Positions 19,860-28,123 of a DNA stretch of 32,000 nt are shown one piece after another (position 1 is the first letter of the stretch; every line of letters begins with the position of its first letter). The notes below the pieces were generated by a model, which did no database searches, was not told the DNA's origin, and saw only the letters and a program-made list of their open reading frames with translations. Made by a program: the position numbers and the translations under genes. Source of the stretch: Pallidibacillus thermolactis (GTDB taxonomy: Bacteria; Bacillota; Bacilli; Bacillales; Caldibacillaceae); NCBI RefSeq assembly GCF_025660415.1, contig NZ_JAOUSE010000003.1:84882-116881 (forward strand). The letters are read 5' to 3'.

Positions 19860-20201
19860 GTATCCCCTTTCATTTTTTGAATTTTTTTACTTCTATTTGA
19901 AATGATATAACAACCACCTTTCTTTTTCAAGTGATTACAATCGTTTGTTTTCAATTCGATAAAAAACAAAAAATATTTATATTGATTTTCCGTAAATCCC
20001 GCAGCGTTAACTTTCATTGTGCAATAATGTTTAAAACTCATATATGGAGTTAAAAATATAACTAGTCTTATTGACTGCTTGTTTTTTCAACTTGCTTATT
20101 TTCGTATTATTTATTAAACTAATATAGGTATAATTATTATTTTTTGTTTTTCCTTTTTTTTATTTTCATTGAGAATTTTTTGTAAAGGGGGGAGATGTTG
20201 T

Positions 20202-20972
20202 ATGAAAAAACTATTTGCTACTGAAAGAAGACAATTAATATTAGACATTTTACGTGATAAAAAAAGAGTTACAGTTAAAGACTTAGCAAATGATGTTAAC
20301 GTTTCCGAAGCAACATTACGAACGGATTTAAATATATTAGAAGATGAAGGTCTACTAACTAGAACACATGGTGGAGCCATTTTAAACGAAGAACAATTGC
20401 CACCTAAAAAGAGTTTTTCGGAACGTGAAAAGAAAAATCGAAAGTCAAAAATTACAATCGCAAAAAAAGCAATCAACCTAGTTGATCATAAAGATTGTAT
20501 TCTACTTGATGCAAGTACAACTACACTCGAACTGGCTCGTTTACTTGCAGAATCAAATAAACAAATTACAGTCGTTACAAATGGGTTGTCACAAGCCATT
20601 GAATTAAAAGAAAATCCAGCAATCAATGTTATTTTGATTGGTGGCATTATTCGAATGGGTTCAATGGGAATTGAAGGACTATTAGGTAGTAGTATCCTCA
20701 ATCAAATCAATATTGATAAAATGTTTACATCTGCAAGTGGATTTACCATTGAAGAAGGTCTAACTGACTTTAATGTATATGAAGTTGAGTTAAAAAGAAA
20801 AATGGTAGAAAAGTCAAATAAAATCGTTGCGTTATTAGATAATACAAAAATTGGTACAAGTTCAATTGCATCCTTTGCAACGACTGAAGAAATCGATACG
20901 CTTGTTGTCGATCATGAATTAACTCCAGAGATTCGTACAGAATTAGATACTAGAGGTATAAAAGTTTTATAA
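20202..20972 (+). CDS. DeoR-family transcriptional repressor, 256 aa
   Basis: N-terminal wHTH (RRQLILDILRDKKRVTVKDLANDVNVSEATLRTDLNILE) plus a DeoR C-terminal sugar-phosphate sensor domain. ATG 20202 with GGGGGGAG 7 nt upstream. The longest ORF starts at a TTG at 20169. Confidence 0.88.
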   Translation: MKKLFATERRQLILDILRDKKRVTVKDLANDVNVSEATLRTDLNILEDEGLLTRTHGGAILNEEQLPPKKSFSEREKKNRKSKITIAKKAINLVDHKDCILLDASTTTLELARLLAESNKQITVVTNGLSQAIELKENPAINVILIGGIIRMGSMGIEGLLGSSILNQINIDKMFTSASGFTIEEGLTDFNVYEVELKRKMVEKSNKIVALLDNTKIGTSSIASFATTEEIDTLVVDHELTPEIRTELDTRGIKVL

Positions 20973-21127
20973 TCCACCTTTTAAACACGTAAGTATATGA
21001 AATTTTTGCCATTATGAAACCCCTTTATTATAGATAGAAAGACATTGTTTTATTGCAAAAAAATAATTCTATACTATATAATAACAATTTGAGTTTAATT
21101 AAAAACCTCCCCCTAATTCATTTATAA

Positions 21128-21154
21128 TTAAAATAGCGGTCGATAATGACCGCT
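21128..21154 (-). terminator. Terminator of the dhaK-dhaL-TIM-like operon
   Basis: AGCGGTC-gataat-GACCGCT, followed on the minus strand by ATTTTAATT. Confidence 0.6.
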
Positions 21155-21163
21155 AAAATAACA

Positions 21164-21961
21164 TCAACACTTAAAACCACCAATTTCATGCTTTAATTTC
21201 CGATCGAGTTCATTTAATAAAACTGAAAAAGTTTCCATATTCCAAGCTGTACGTCCGACAAATAAACCATTAACATTCGTTTGCTGAATATAATTAAGAA
21301 AGTTATCTAGCCTTACACTTCCGCCATATAATAATGGGATTTCTTGCCCCACTTTTTCTCCATACAAATCAACCAAGTTTTTGCGTAAAAAAGAATGGAT
21401 TTCTCCAACATAATCAGCTTCAGCAGGGATTCCTCGTTCACCAATTGCCCATACGGGTTCATATGCAATTAACACGTGCTGAGCTTGTTCAGTTGTTACA
21501 TTTTTTAAACATACTTTAAGTTGGGCAGCTAAAACTTCTTTCGAAATACCGTTATTTTTCTGATCAATACTCTCACCAATACAAACAAGTGGTCTCATAC
21601 CATACTTTAAGGCGGCATGGACTTTTTTATTAATATCGACATCATTTTCATTATAATATTGTCGACGTTCAGAATGACCTAATTCAATAAGGTCTATACC
21701 AATTTCATCAAGCATCCTGGGTGAAATTTCACCAGTATAGGCCCCTCTATCTTCCCAATGCATATTTTGCGCACCTAATTTTATACGTGAACCTGACAAC
21801 TCTTCTCGAATAGGTAATAAAGACGTAAAGGATGGGATAATAAACAGCTCTATATTCGGAGTAATTGATTCTGCAAGTTTCTTCAATTCTCTTGTATATG
21901 CCAGTCCCTCAGATATCGTTTTTGTCATTTTCCAATTTGTTCCTATCCATACTTTAGTCAT
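21164..21961 (-). CDS. Triose-phosphate-isomerase-family protein (paralog-like; candidate tetrulose-phosphate isomerase), 265 aa
   Basis: TIM catalytic elements are retained (GTNWKM Lys, ELGHSERR His, AYEPVWAIG Glu, YGGSV phosphate loop), but loop 6 reads AIGERGIPA rather than the canonical AIGTGKTA. ATG 21961 overlaps the dhaL stop by 8 nt (ATGACTAA). Confidence 0.75.
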   Translation of the reverse strand: MTKVWIGTNWKMTKTISEGLAYTRELKKLAESITPNIELFIIPSFTSLLPIREELSGSRIKLGAQNMHWEDRGAYTGEISPRMLDEIGIDLIELGHSERRQYYNENDVDINKKVHAALKYGMRPLVCIGESIDQKNNGISKEVLAAQLKVCLKNVTTEQAQHVLIAYEPVWAIGERGIPAEADYVGEIHSFLRKNLVDLYGEKVGQEIPLLYGGSVRLDNFLNYIQQTNVNGLFVGRTAWNMETFSVLLNELDRKLKHEIGGFKC

Positions 21962-22619
21962 CTTGTAAACCTTCTTCAACCCATTCACGCATCGATTTAA
22001 AAATGATCCATACTGTTGTTGCTCCTGCATCTTGATGTCCAAGGGAACGTTCACCTAATGATTTAGCCCGACCAAATTTTGCCACATAATTTTTGGTATT
22101 TTCAACGCCTTGGTGAGCTCCTTCCTCAGCTTTTCTCAAACCTTCTACTAAACTAAAATTCTTTTCAACACTTTCTTTTAAAGCGTAAACAGCAGGCTGT
22201 AAAGCATCAACCATCGTTTTATCTCTAACTTCAGCTTTTCCACGTTGCTTTATAGCTTCTAAAGCCCCCTCAAAGATCTCTGCAAGCAGTTGTAAGTCTA
22301 AAGTTTCCTTCACCTCTAACTTTTTTACACCGCCAACAAACATCGTGCCGAAAATTACACCCGATGCACCACCCATAGATGAAATCATTGACATACCAAC
22401 TGTTTTGAATACATCATTTACATTTGAAAACTCTTTTCCTTTTAAGTTCTCCTCTGCTTTTGTAAATCCAACCGACATGCCAATGCCATGATCTCCATCA
22501 CCGATCGCGCTATCAATTTTCGTTAAAAAAGGCTTATTTTCAACTACTTTTTGACCAACATATAAAAACATATCTCGAACTTGATTCGGTGTTAAAGAAT
22601 TCATCGCTCTAATCGCCAT
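21954..22619 (-). CDS. dhaL: Dihydroxyacetone-kinase family, nucleotide-binding subunit DhaL (Dak2 domain), 221 aa
   Basis: The DSAIGDGDHGIGM motif and all-helical Dak2 length. Its ATG overlaps the dhaK stop (TAATG). Confidence 0.85.
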   Translation of the reverse strand: MAIRAMNSLTPNQVRDMFLYVGQKVVENKPFLTKIDSAIGDGDHGIGMSVGFTKAEENLKGKEFSNVNDVFKTVGMSMISSMGGASGVIFGTMFVGGVKKLEVKETLDLQLLAEIFEGALEAIKQRGKAEVRDKTMVDALQPAVYALKESVEKNFSLVEGLRKAEEGAHQGVENTKNYVAKFGRAKSLGERSLGHQDAGATTVWIIFKSMREWVEEGLQDD

Positions 22620-23644
22620 TAAACTTTCGCCTCCTTTGTATCGATTGAATGGTTTTTTACATAATATGGAGCTTTGGCAGGTGCATCATATAATTCTTTT
22701 AATTCATCATCTAATTTAAATAAAGAAATTGAAAAGCCGCCCATTTCTTGTGTTGTGCAATAACTGTTTATATCCATATCATAAACATGAATCCCTTTTT
22801 CCGTTAAAACTTGGTGAACACGGCGATTAATAATAAACAATTCTAATAGAGTTGTAGAACCTAAACCGTTTACATAAACGGCCACTTCATCACCAGCTTG
22901 TAATTTACTTTCCATGACTAACGTATTTAAAAGTTCATCCGTTAACTGATCAGCGGGCATCATTTTTGTTCGTTTCATACCTGGTTCACCATGAATACCC
23001 ATGCCTAATTCGATTTCGTCATCACCAAGTTCATATGGAAGTTCTGTCGCACCAGGGATTGATCCTGGAGAACTGGCAACACCGATCGAATACGTACGGT
23101 CTGCTGCCTTTTGAGTAACATTCGCTACTTTTTCTAAGTCCCAACCTTTTTCTGATGCCGCTCCAGCGATTTTTAAGACAAACACATCACCTGCAATCCC
23201 TCTACGATCTTCTTTCCTTTCTTCCGGTGCAGAAGCAACATCATCAGCCACTTTCACTGTTTTCGTTTGTATATCTTCGAATTCTAGTAATTCCGCAGCC
23301 ATATCAAAGTTTAATACGTCACCTGCATAGTTACCATAAACAAAAAGAACGCCTTTTCCTTGATCGACCGCTTTTGCAACTTCATGAATCGTATTTGGTG
23401 TTGGAGCAGCAAATACATTACCTATTGCAACACCATCAGCTAGACCTTCTCCTACAAAGCCAAGGAATAATGGCTCATGACCACTTCCACCTCCGGTAAC
23501 AATTGCCACTTTATCTTTCAAATTTTTTCGAATGATTCCGTTTACATTTTCAATTTTAATTAGTTTATCTTTATTGGCGACCATAAATCCTTCTATTGCT
23601 TCAGATACAACATTTTCTGGCTTATTAATAAATTTTTTAATCAT
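22619..23644 (-). CDS. dhaK: Dihydroxyacetone-kinase family, substrate-binding subunit DhaK (Dak1 domain), 341 aa
   Basis: GGGSGHEP and GMGIHGEPG (substrate-binding His). Start placed at MIKKFINKPENVV (ATG 23644, TGGAG upstream) rather than the longest ORF at 23668. Confidence 0.88.
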   Translation of the reverse strand: MIKKFINKPENVVSEAIEGFMVANKDKLIKIENVNGIIRKNLKDKVAIVTGGGSGHEPLFLGFVGEGLADGVAIGNVFAAPTPNTIHEVAKAVDQGKGVLFVYGNYAGDVLNFDMAAELLEFEDIQTKTVKVADDVASAPEERKEDRRGIAGDVFVLKIAGAASEKGWDLEKVANVTQKAADRTYSIGVASSPGSIPGATELPYELGDDEIELGMGIHGEPGMKRTKMMPADQLTDELLNTLVMESKLQAGDEVAVYVNGLGSTTLLELFIINRRVHQVLTEKGIHVYDMDINSYCTTQEMGGFSISLFKLDDELKELYDAPAKAPYYVKNHSIDTKEAKV

Positions 23645-23701
23645 AAGAGCACTCCAATCTTCAACCATTTTATTTTTGTTTAATTTTGTTTATTTTCATT
23701 T

Positions 23702-23730
23702 ATTATAACTTTTAATAAATAGTGTGTCAA
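23702..23730 (-). promoter_or_regulatory. Consensus sigma-A promoter of the dhaK operon
   Basis: Minus strand TTGACA-N17-TATAAT (perfect hexamers, 17-nt spacer), ending about 55 nt upstream of the dhaK start. Confidence 0.7.
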
Positions 23731-23814
23731 TTTTCACTATTATATCAATATTGAACTTTAATGAATCTTTGAATATAAAATTAAATGTTGTTCGATGGAG
23801 GTGTCCAATAAGTC

Positions 23815-23864
23815 CTTAAAAAAGAGCGAATTGAGAAAACTTAAAGTTTCCCAGTTCGCTCTTT
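23815..23864 (-). terminator. Long hairpin terminator between the araA and dhaK units
   Basis: AAAGAGCGAA ... TTCGCTCTTT outer stem with an inner GAAAACT/AGTTTTC stem. T-run on the minus strand; also TTTT on the plus strand. Confidence 0.55.
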
Positions 23865-23929
23865 TGACATGTGTATGTTGCAATGTTATCACGCCAACTT
23901 CTTTCTTCAAAAAGGGACGGTTTTATCCG

Positions 23930-23979
23930 TAAAAATAGCAAAAGGGCCAAACCGAAGGTCAAATTCAATCGGTCAGCCC
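23930..23979 (-). terminator. Proximal terminator of araA
   Basis: Minus strand GGGCTGACCGA ... TCGGTTTGGCCC (bulged stem) followed by TTTTGCTATTTTT, about 28 nt after the araA stop. Confidence 0.55.
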
Positions 23980-24006
23980 ATAAATTTTAATAATCAATCA
24001 ATTCTT

Positions 24007-25431
24007 TTATTTAATATTTACTAACTCAACTCCAACCATGTTAGCAAAATCCTCGATTTGTTCTGGTGTCACTTTAAGAGAGAAAACTGTGTGGTGACCT
24101 CCACCATATTCAATCCAGCGACGAACACCTTCATAAAAGCCAACTTTCGGTGTCCAAATTTGACGAGCTACTGGAAGATTTGGCGCTTCTTCAACCGGTG
24201 TCTTACCTTCGACTTCATACATGATCATTTTAAATTGATCACCAAAGTCAGATACCGTTACGTTAATGCCTTCACCTTCAGAACCATCAAATACAAGGCG
24301 TGCCGGTGCCTCTCGATCACCAATGCCCAAAGGATGAACTTCTACTTTAATCTTTGTGCTGGCTAATGTTGGATCGACTTCAAGCATATGTGCACCTAGA
24401 ATTTCTTCATTTCCTTTCACTAAGTTGTACGTATAATCTTCCATAAATCCCGTTTTCTCATTATGAGCCATAATTTTTAATAAACGATCAAGAGCTGCTG
24501 TTTTCCAATCTCCTTCACCAGCGAAACCATACCCTTCCGCGTTTAATCTTTGTACGGCCATACCTGGTAGCTGTTTCATTCCCCATAAATCTTCAAAGTT
24601 CGTAGTAAAGGCTGTATATCCGCCTCTTTCAAGAAATTTCCGTAAAGCAATCTCGATACGGATTTGTTCTTTAACATGTTCTTCAAAATATTTAGGATCA
24701 TTGTCTCCAATCACAAATTCATATTTTTCTTGGCATTCATCATAAATTTCATTAATCTCTTGTTCTGTCACATCTTTCATTTCAGCTACAAGATCGCCGA
24801 TACCATAATAATCAACTGTCCACCCAAACTTAATCTGAGCTTCAATTTTATCACCTTCTGTAACGGCTACATTTCTCATGTTATCTCCGAATCTTGCAAC
24901 TTTAATATTGAAACTCTCATTATACGCTACGGCAACATTCATCCAATCTGCAATTTGTTTTTGTACATTTTTATCTTTCCAATACCCTACGACAACCTTA
25001 TTTCTTTTGTCTAATCTTGCATTAATATAGCCATATTCACGATCTCCATGGGCACTTTGATGTAGATTCATGTAGTCCATATCAATTGTTTTCCAAGGGA
25101 TATGGTCAAGAAACTGTGTAGCTAAATGAAGCAATGGTTTTTGCAGTAGTTTTGTACCTCTAATCCAGTTTTTAGCAGGAGAAAAAGTATGCATCCACGT
25201 AATGACACCTGCTACATGGTCGTTATAGTTAACATCTTTCATGACTTGAGTAATACTATCAGCTGTTGTTGCAACTGTTTTAAAAACAACTTTATATGGT
25301 AGCTTACCACTTTCATTTAATTCATCAATAATTTTAATAGTGTTTTTTTCAACTTCTTCTAATGCCTCGGGTCCATACAAATGTTGACTCCCAACAACAA
25401 ACCAAAATTCATAATTTCTTGTTTTTAACAT
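24007..25431 (-). CDS. araA: L-arabinose isomerase, 474 aa
   Basis: [15 protein letters not shown]-terminus and full-length AraA-like sequence. Start at ATG 25431 (GGAGG 8 nt upstream), not 25446. Confidence 0.95.
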   Translation of the reverse strand: MLKTRNYEFWFVVGSQHLYGPEALEEVEKNTIKIIDELNESGKLPYKVVFKTVATTADSITQVMKDVNYNDHVAGVITWMHTFSPAKNWIRGTKLLQKPLLHLATQFLDHIPWKTIDMDYMNLHQSAHGDREYGYINARLDKRNKVVVGYWKDKNVQKQIADWMNVAVAYNESFNIKVARFGDNMRNVAVTEGDKIEAQIKFGWTVDYYGIGDLVAEMKDVTEQEINEIYDECQEKYEFVIGDNDPKYFEEHVKEQIRIEIALRKFLERGGYTAFTTNFEDLWGMKQLPGMAVQRLNAEGYGFAGEGDWKTAALDRLLKIMAHNEKTGFMEDYTYNLVKGNEEILGAHMLEVDPTLASTKIKVEVHPLGIGDREAPARLVFDGSEGEGINVTVSDFGDQFKMIMYEVEGKTPVEEAPNLPVARQIWTPKVGFYEGVRRWIEYGGGHHTVFSLKVTPEQIEDFANMVGVELVNIK

Positions 25432-25457
25432 ACGCATAACCTCCAATGGAAAATAAT

Positions 25458-26159
25458 CTATTTTGTTTGACCGTAATAGGCGTTTTTCCCATGTTTTCTT
25501 AAAAAGTGTTTGTCTAAAAGGTATTGATCCATGTCAATACGGTGTGGATTTAGTTGTATCGTATGATATGTCATCTTTGCGACTTCTTCTAAAACGACTG
25601 CATGATGTACGGCATCAAGAGGCGATTTGCCCCATGTAAATGGACCGTGGTCATTAACTAATACTGCTGGAATTTGATCTGGATCTAGACTTCTTTCTGT
25701 AAAAGTTTCAACGATGACATCACCGGTTTGTTTTTCATAATCCGTGACAACTTCCTCTTCCTTCATCGCTCTTGTTACTGGAACAGGACCATAAAATGTA
25801 TCAGCATGTGTTGTACCTGCTGCAGGAATTTCAAGTCCAGCTTGAGCAAACACTACAGCCCAAGGAGAATGTGTATGAACAATCCCGTTAATGTTAGAAA
25901 AATGTTTATATAGCACACAATGGGTTGCTGTATCACTTGATGGTTTTAAATCACCCTCTACGACGTTTCCATCTAAATCAACGACGACCATTTTTTCTGG
26001 TGACAACTCTTCATACTCGACACCACTTGGCTTAATCACAACTAGGTTTTTTTCACGATCTATCCCGCTTACATTCCCCCAAGTAAAGGTGACCAAATTA
26101 TATTTAGGTAACAACATGTTTGCTTCATAGACTTCTTTTTTTAACTCTTCTAACATCAT
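25458..26159 (-). CDS. araD: L-ribulose-5-phosphate 4-epimerase, 233 aa
   Basis: Class II aldolase/adducin fold signature ([16 protein letters not shown]). Lies 26 bp upstream of araA. The second ATG (26156) may be the real start. Confidence 0.93.
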   Translation of the reverse strand: MMLEELKKEVYEANMLLPKYNLVTFTWGNVSGIDREKNLVVIKPSGVEYEELSPEKMVVVDLDGNVVEGDLKPSSDTATHCVLYKHFSNINGIVHTHSPWAVVFAQAGLEIPAAGTTHADTFYGPVPVTRAMKEEEVVTDYEKQTGDVIVETFTERSLDPDQIPAVLVNDHGPFTWGKSPLDAVHHAVVLEEVAKMTYHTIQLNPHRIDMDQYLLDKHFLRKHGKNAYYGQTK

Positions 26160-26341
26160 GAATCACCCCTTTTGAAATTTTATAATCTACTTGTCTACGT
26201 GAATTTAATTTTTCTAGTGTACTAAAGTAATATAAAAAAATTCATCTCCTTTCTATTAGAATGGACTTTAATTCTTGAAACATAACTCGATGTTGCTTAT
26301 AACGACAGACAAGTACATTCGTTTTATTCAAAAACTATTTT

Positions 26342-26354
26342 TAAAACGCTTACA
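26342..26354. promoter_or_regulatory. Candidate cre (CcpA) site on the araDA side
   Basis: TAAAACGCTTACA / TGTAAGCGTTTTA, close to TGWAANCGNTNWCA with one deviation. Confidence 0.4.
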
Positions 26355-26371
26355 ATAAAATCGTATATTAA

Positions 26372-26454
26372 TTATACGTATAAGTCAAGATTTGTAATTT
26401 TAATACGTACAAAATTAACAAAAAACAACCAAAAAAGTAAAATTTGTATACAAA
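26372..26454. promoter_or_regulatory. Cluster of AraR-operator-like palindromes in the divergent ara control region
   Basis: TTATACGTATAA (26372-26383), TACGTACAAAAT (26404-26415) and TTTGTATACAAA (26443-26454) resemble the TTGTACGTACAA-type AraR box as I recall it. Also ATTTGTAC at 26538. Confidence 0.35.
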
Positions 26455-26604
26455 AAATAGGCTGAATCACAAAAACCTCTCGACCCCACAAAACAAAAAT
26501 AACAAAATAAATAAAGGATTATAGGTCCGGTTGAAAATTTGTACTGATAATATTTTTATTTATTGATTTATACTGATGACTATGCTAGCATATGATTAAG
26601 AAAT

Positions 26605-26618
26605 TGAAAGCGCTTTTC
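26605..26618. promoter_or_regulatory. Strong candidate cre (CcpA) site upstream of the sugar-porter/kinase operon
   Basis: TGAAAGCGCTTTTC against the consensus TGAAAGCGCTTTCA, 87 nt upstream of ATG 26705. Confidence 0.6.
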
Positions 26619-26704
26619 TAAAATCTATTGATGTCGACATCATAATCAAACAAACGAAAGTTCAATACACACATGATCAGAAAGACAATTAAGGAGGGAT
26701 TTTA

Positions 26705-28093
26705 ATGGTAAATGAAAAGAAAATATCTAGTAGATTTATATATTTCTTTGGGGCCTTTGGTGGTATTCTTTTTGGCTATGATATTGGCGTTATGACTGGT
26801 GCATTACCATTTCTAAAAGAAGATTGGAATCTTCAAGATGCTAGTACTATCGGTTGGATCACTTCCTCCGTTATGTTTGGTGCCATTTTTGGTGGTGCAA
26901 TGGCCGGACAACTGTCAGACCGATTAGGTCGGCGGAAGATGATTTTAATTTCAGCTATCATTTTTGTCGTTGGATCTATTTTATCCGGTATTGTACCTTT
27001 TAATGGAAGCGTTTCCCTCATCCTAGCTAGAATTTTATTAGGATTTGCTGTTGGGGCAGCCTCTGCACTAGTTCCAGCTTACATGTCAGAAATGGCTCCA
27101 GCACATCTGCGTGGACGTTTATCAGGAATTAATCAAACGATGATTGTTTCTGGTATGCTGCTTTCATATGTAGTTGATTTTTTACTAAGTGGTTTACCAA
27201 CAACATGGGCTTGGCGTTCCATGCTTACGATCGCAGCTCTACCAGCCGTCATTTTATTTATTGGTGTGTTGAAATTACCTGAATCACCTCGTTTCTTAGT
27301 GAAAAACAATAAATTAGATGAAGCACGTAAAGTCTTAAGCTATATTCGTCCTAAACATGAAATTGATGCGGAAATGAAACAAATACAAGATACGATAAGA
27401 GAAGAACAAAATAAAAAGGCATCATGGGGAACACTACTTAATAGTAAATACCGTTATTTAGTTATTGCAGGTGTTGGTGTAGCCGCTTTCCAACAATTCC
27501 AAGGCGCTAACGCCATATTTTATTACATTCCATTAATTGTAGAAACAGCAACAGGAAAAGCAGCAAGTTCAGCTCTTTTATGGCCGATTATTCAAGGGAT
27601 TATTCTTGTTTTAGGATCATTAGTATTCTTAGTAGTAGCTGATAAATTCAATCGTCGTACTTTATTAACTTTAGGTGGAACGATTATGGGACTTTCCTTT
27701 ATCTTCCCGGCAATATTAAATGTAATCATTCCAAACGCACATCCCATGATCATCGTCGTATTTTTAAGTATTTATGTCGCATTTTATTCCTTCACATGGG
27801 CACCTTTAACATGGGTGATTGTAGGAGAAATATTCCCATTAATGATTCGTGGTCGTGCATCAGGATTAGCTTCATCCCTTAACTGGATCGGCTCTTTCTT
27901 AGTTGGGCTCCTTTTCCCAATCATGACTGCTACTATGGCTCAAGAAGCTGTATTTGCCATTTTCGGTGCGATTTGTTTACTTGGAGTGTTATTTGTACGG
28001 ACATGCGTCCCTGAAACTCGTGGACGTACATTGGAGGAAATCGAAAAAATCGGAGAGATGAAAAACGTAGAAAACCATACACTAAAAATATAA
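26705..28093 (+). CDS. MFS sugar porter (AraE-like pentose:H+ symporter), 462 aa
   Basis: Sugar-porter signatures GRRKMILI, PESPRFL and PETRGRTLEEIE. RBS AAGGAGGG. Arabinose specificity is inferred from context only. Confidence 0.85.
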   Translation: MVNEKKISSRFIYFFGAFGGILFGYDIGVMTGALPFLKEDWNLQDASTIGWITSSVMFGAIFGGAMAGQLSDRLGRRKMILISAIIFVVGSILSGIVPFNGSVSLILARILLGFAVGAASALVPAYMSEMAPAHLRGRLSGINQTMIVSGMLLSYVVDFLLSGLPTTWAWRSMLTIAALPAVILFIGVLKLPESPRFLVKNNKLDEARKVLSYIRPKHEIDAEMKQIQDTIREEQNKKASWGTLLNSKYRYLVIAGVGVAAFQQFQGANAIFYYIPLIVETATGKAASSALLWPIIQGIILVLGSLVFLVVADKFNRRTLLTLGGTIMGLSFIFPAILNVIIPNAHPMIIVVFLSIYVAFYSFTWAPLTWVIVGEIFPLMIRGRASGLASSLNWIGSFLVGLLFPIMTATMAQEAVFAIFGAICLLGVLFVRTCVPETRGRTLEEIEKIGEMKNVENHTLKI

Positions 28094-28123
28094 ATATAAT
28101 CGATAAGGTTAGGTGTGTAGAGT

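Noticed and set aside
19856-20476. Minus-strand ORFs of 61 aa and 120 aa in and around the rpiB-like/deoR divergent region.
   Set aside because: One lies in AT-rich promoter DNA without an RBS, and the other is antisense to the well-supported DeoR gene. Neither translation has recognisable motifs.
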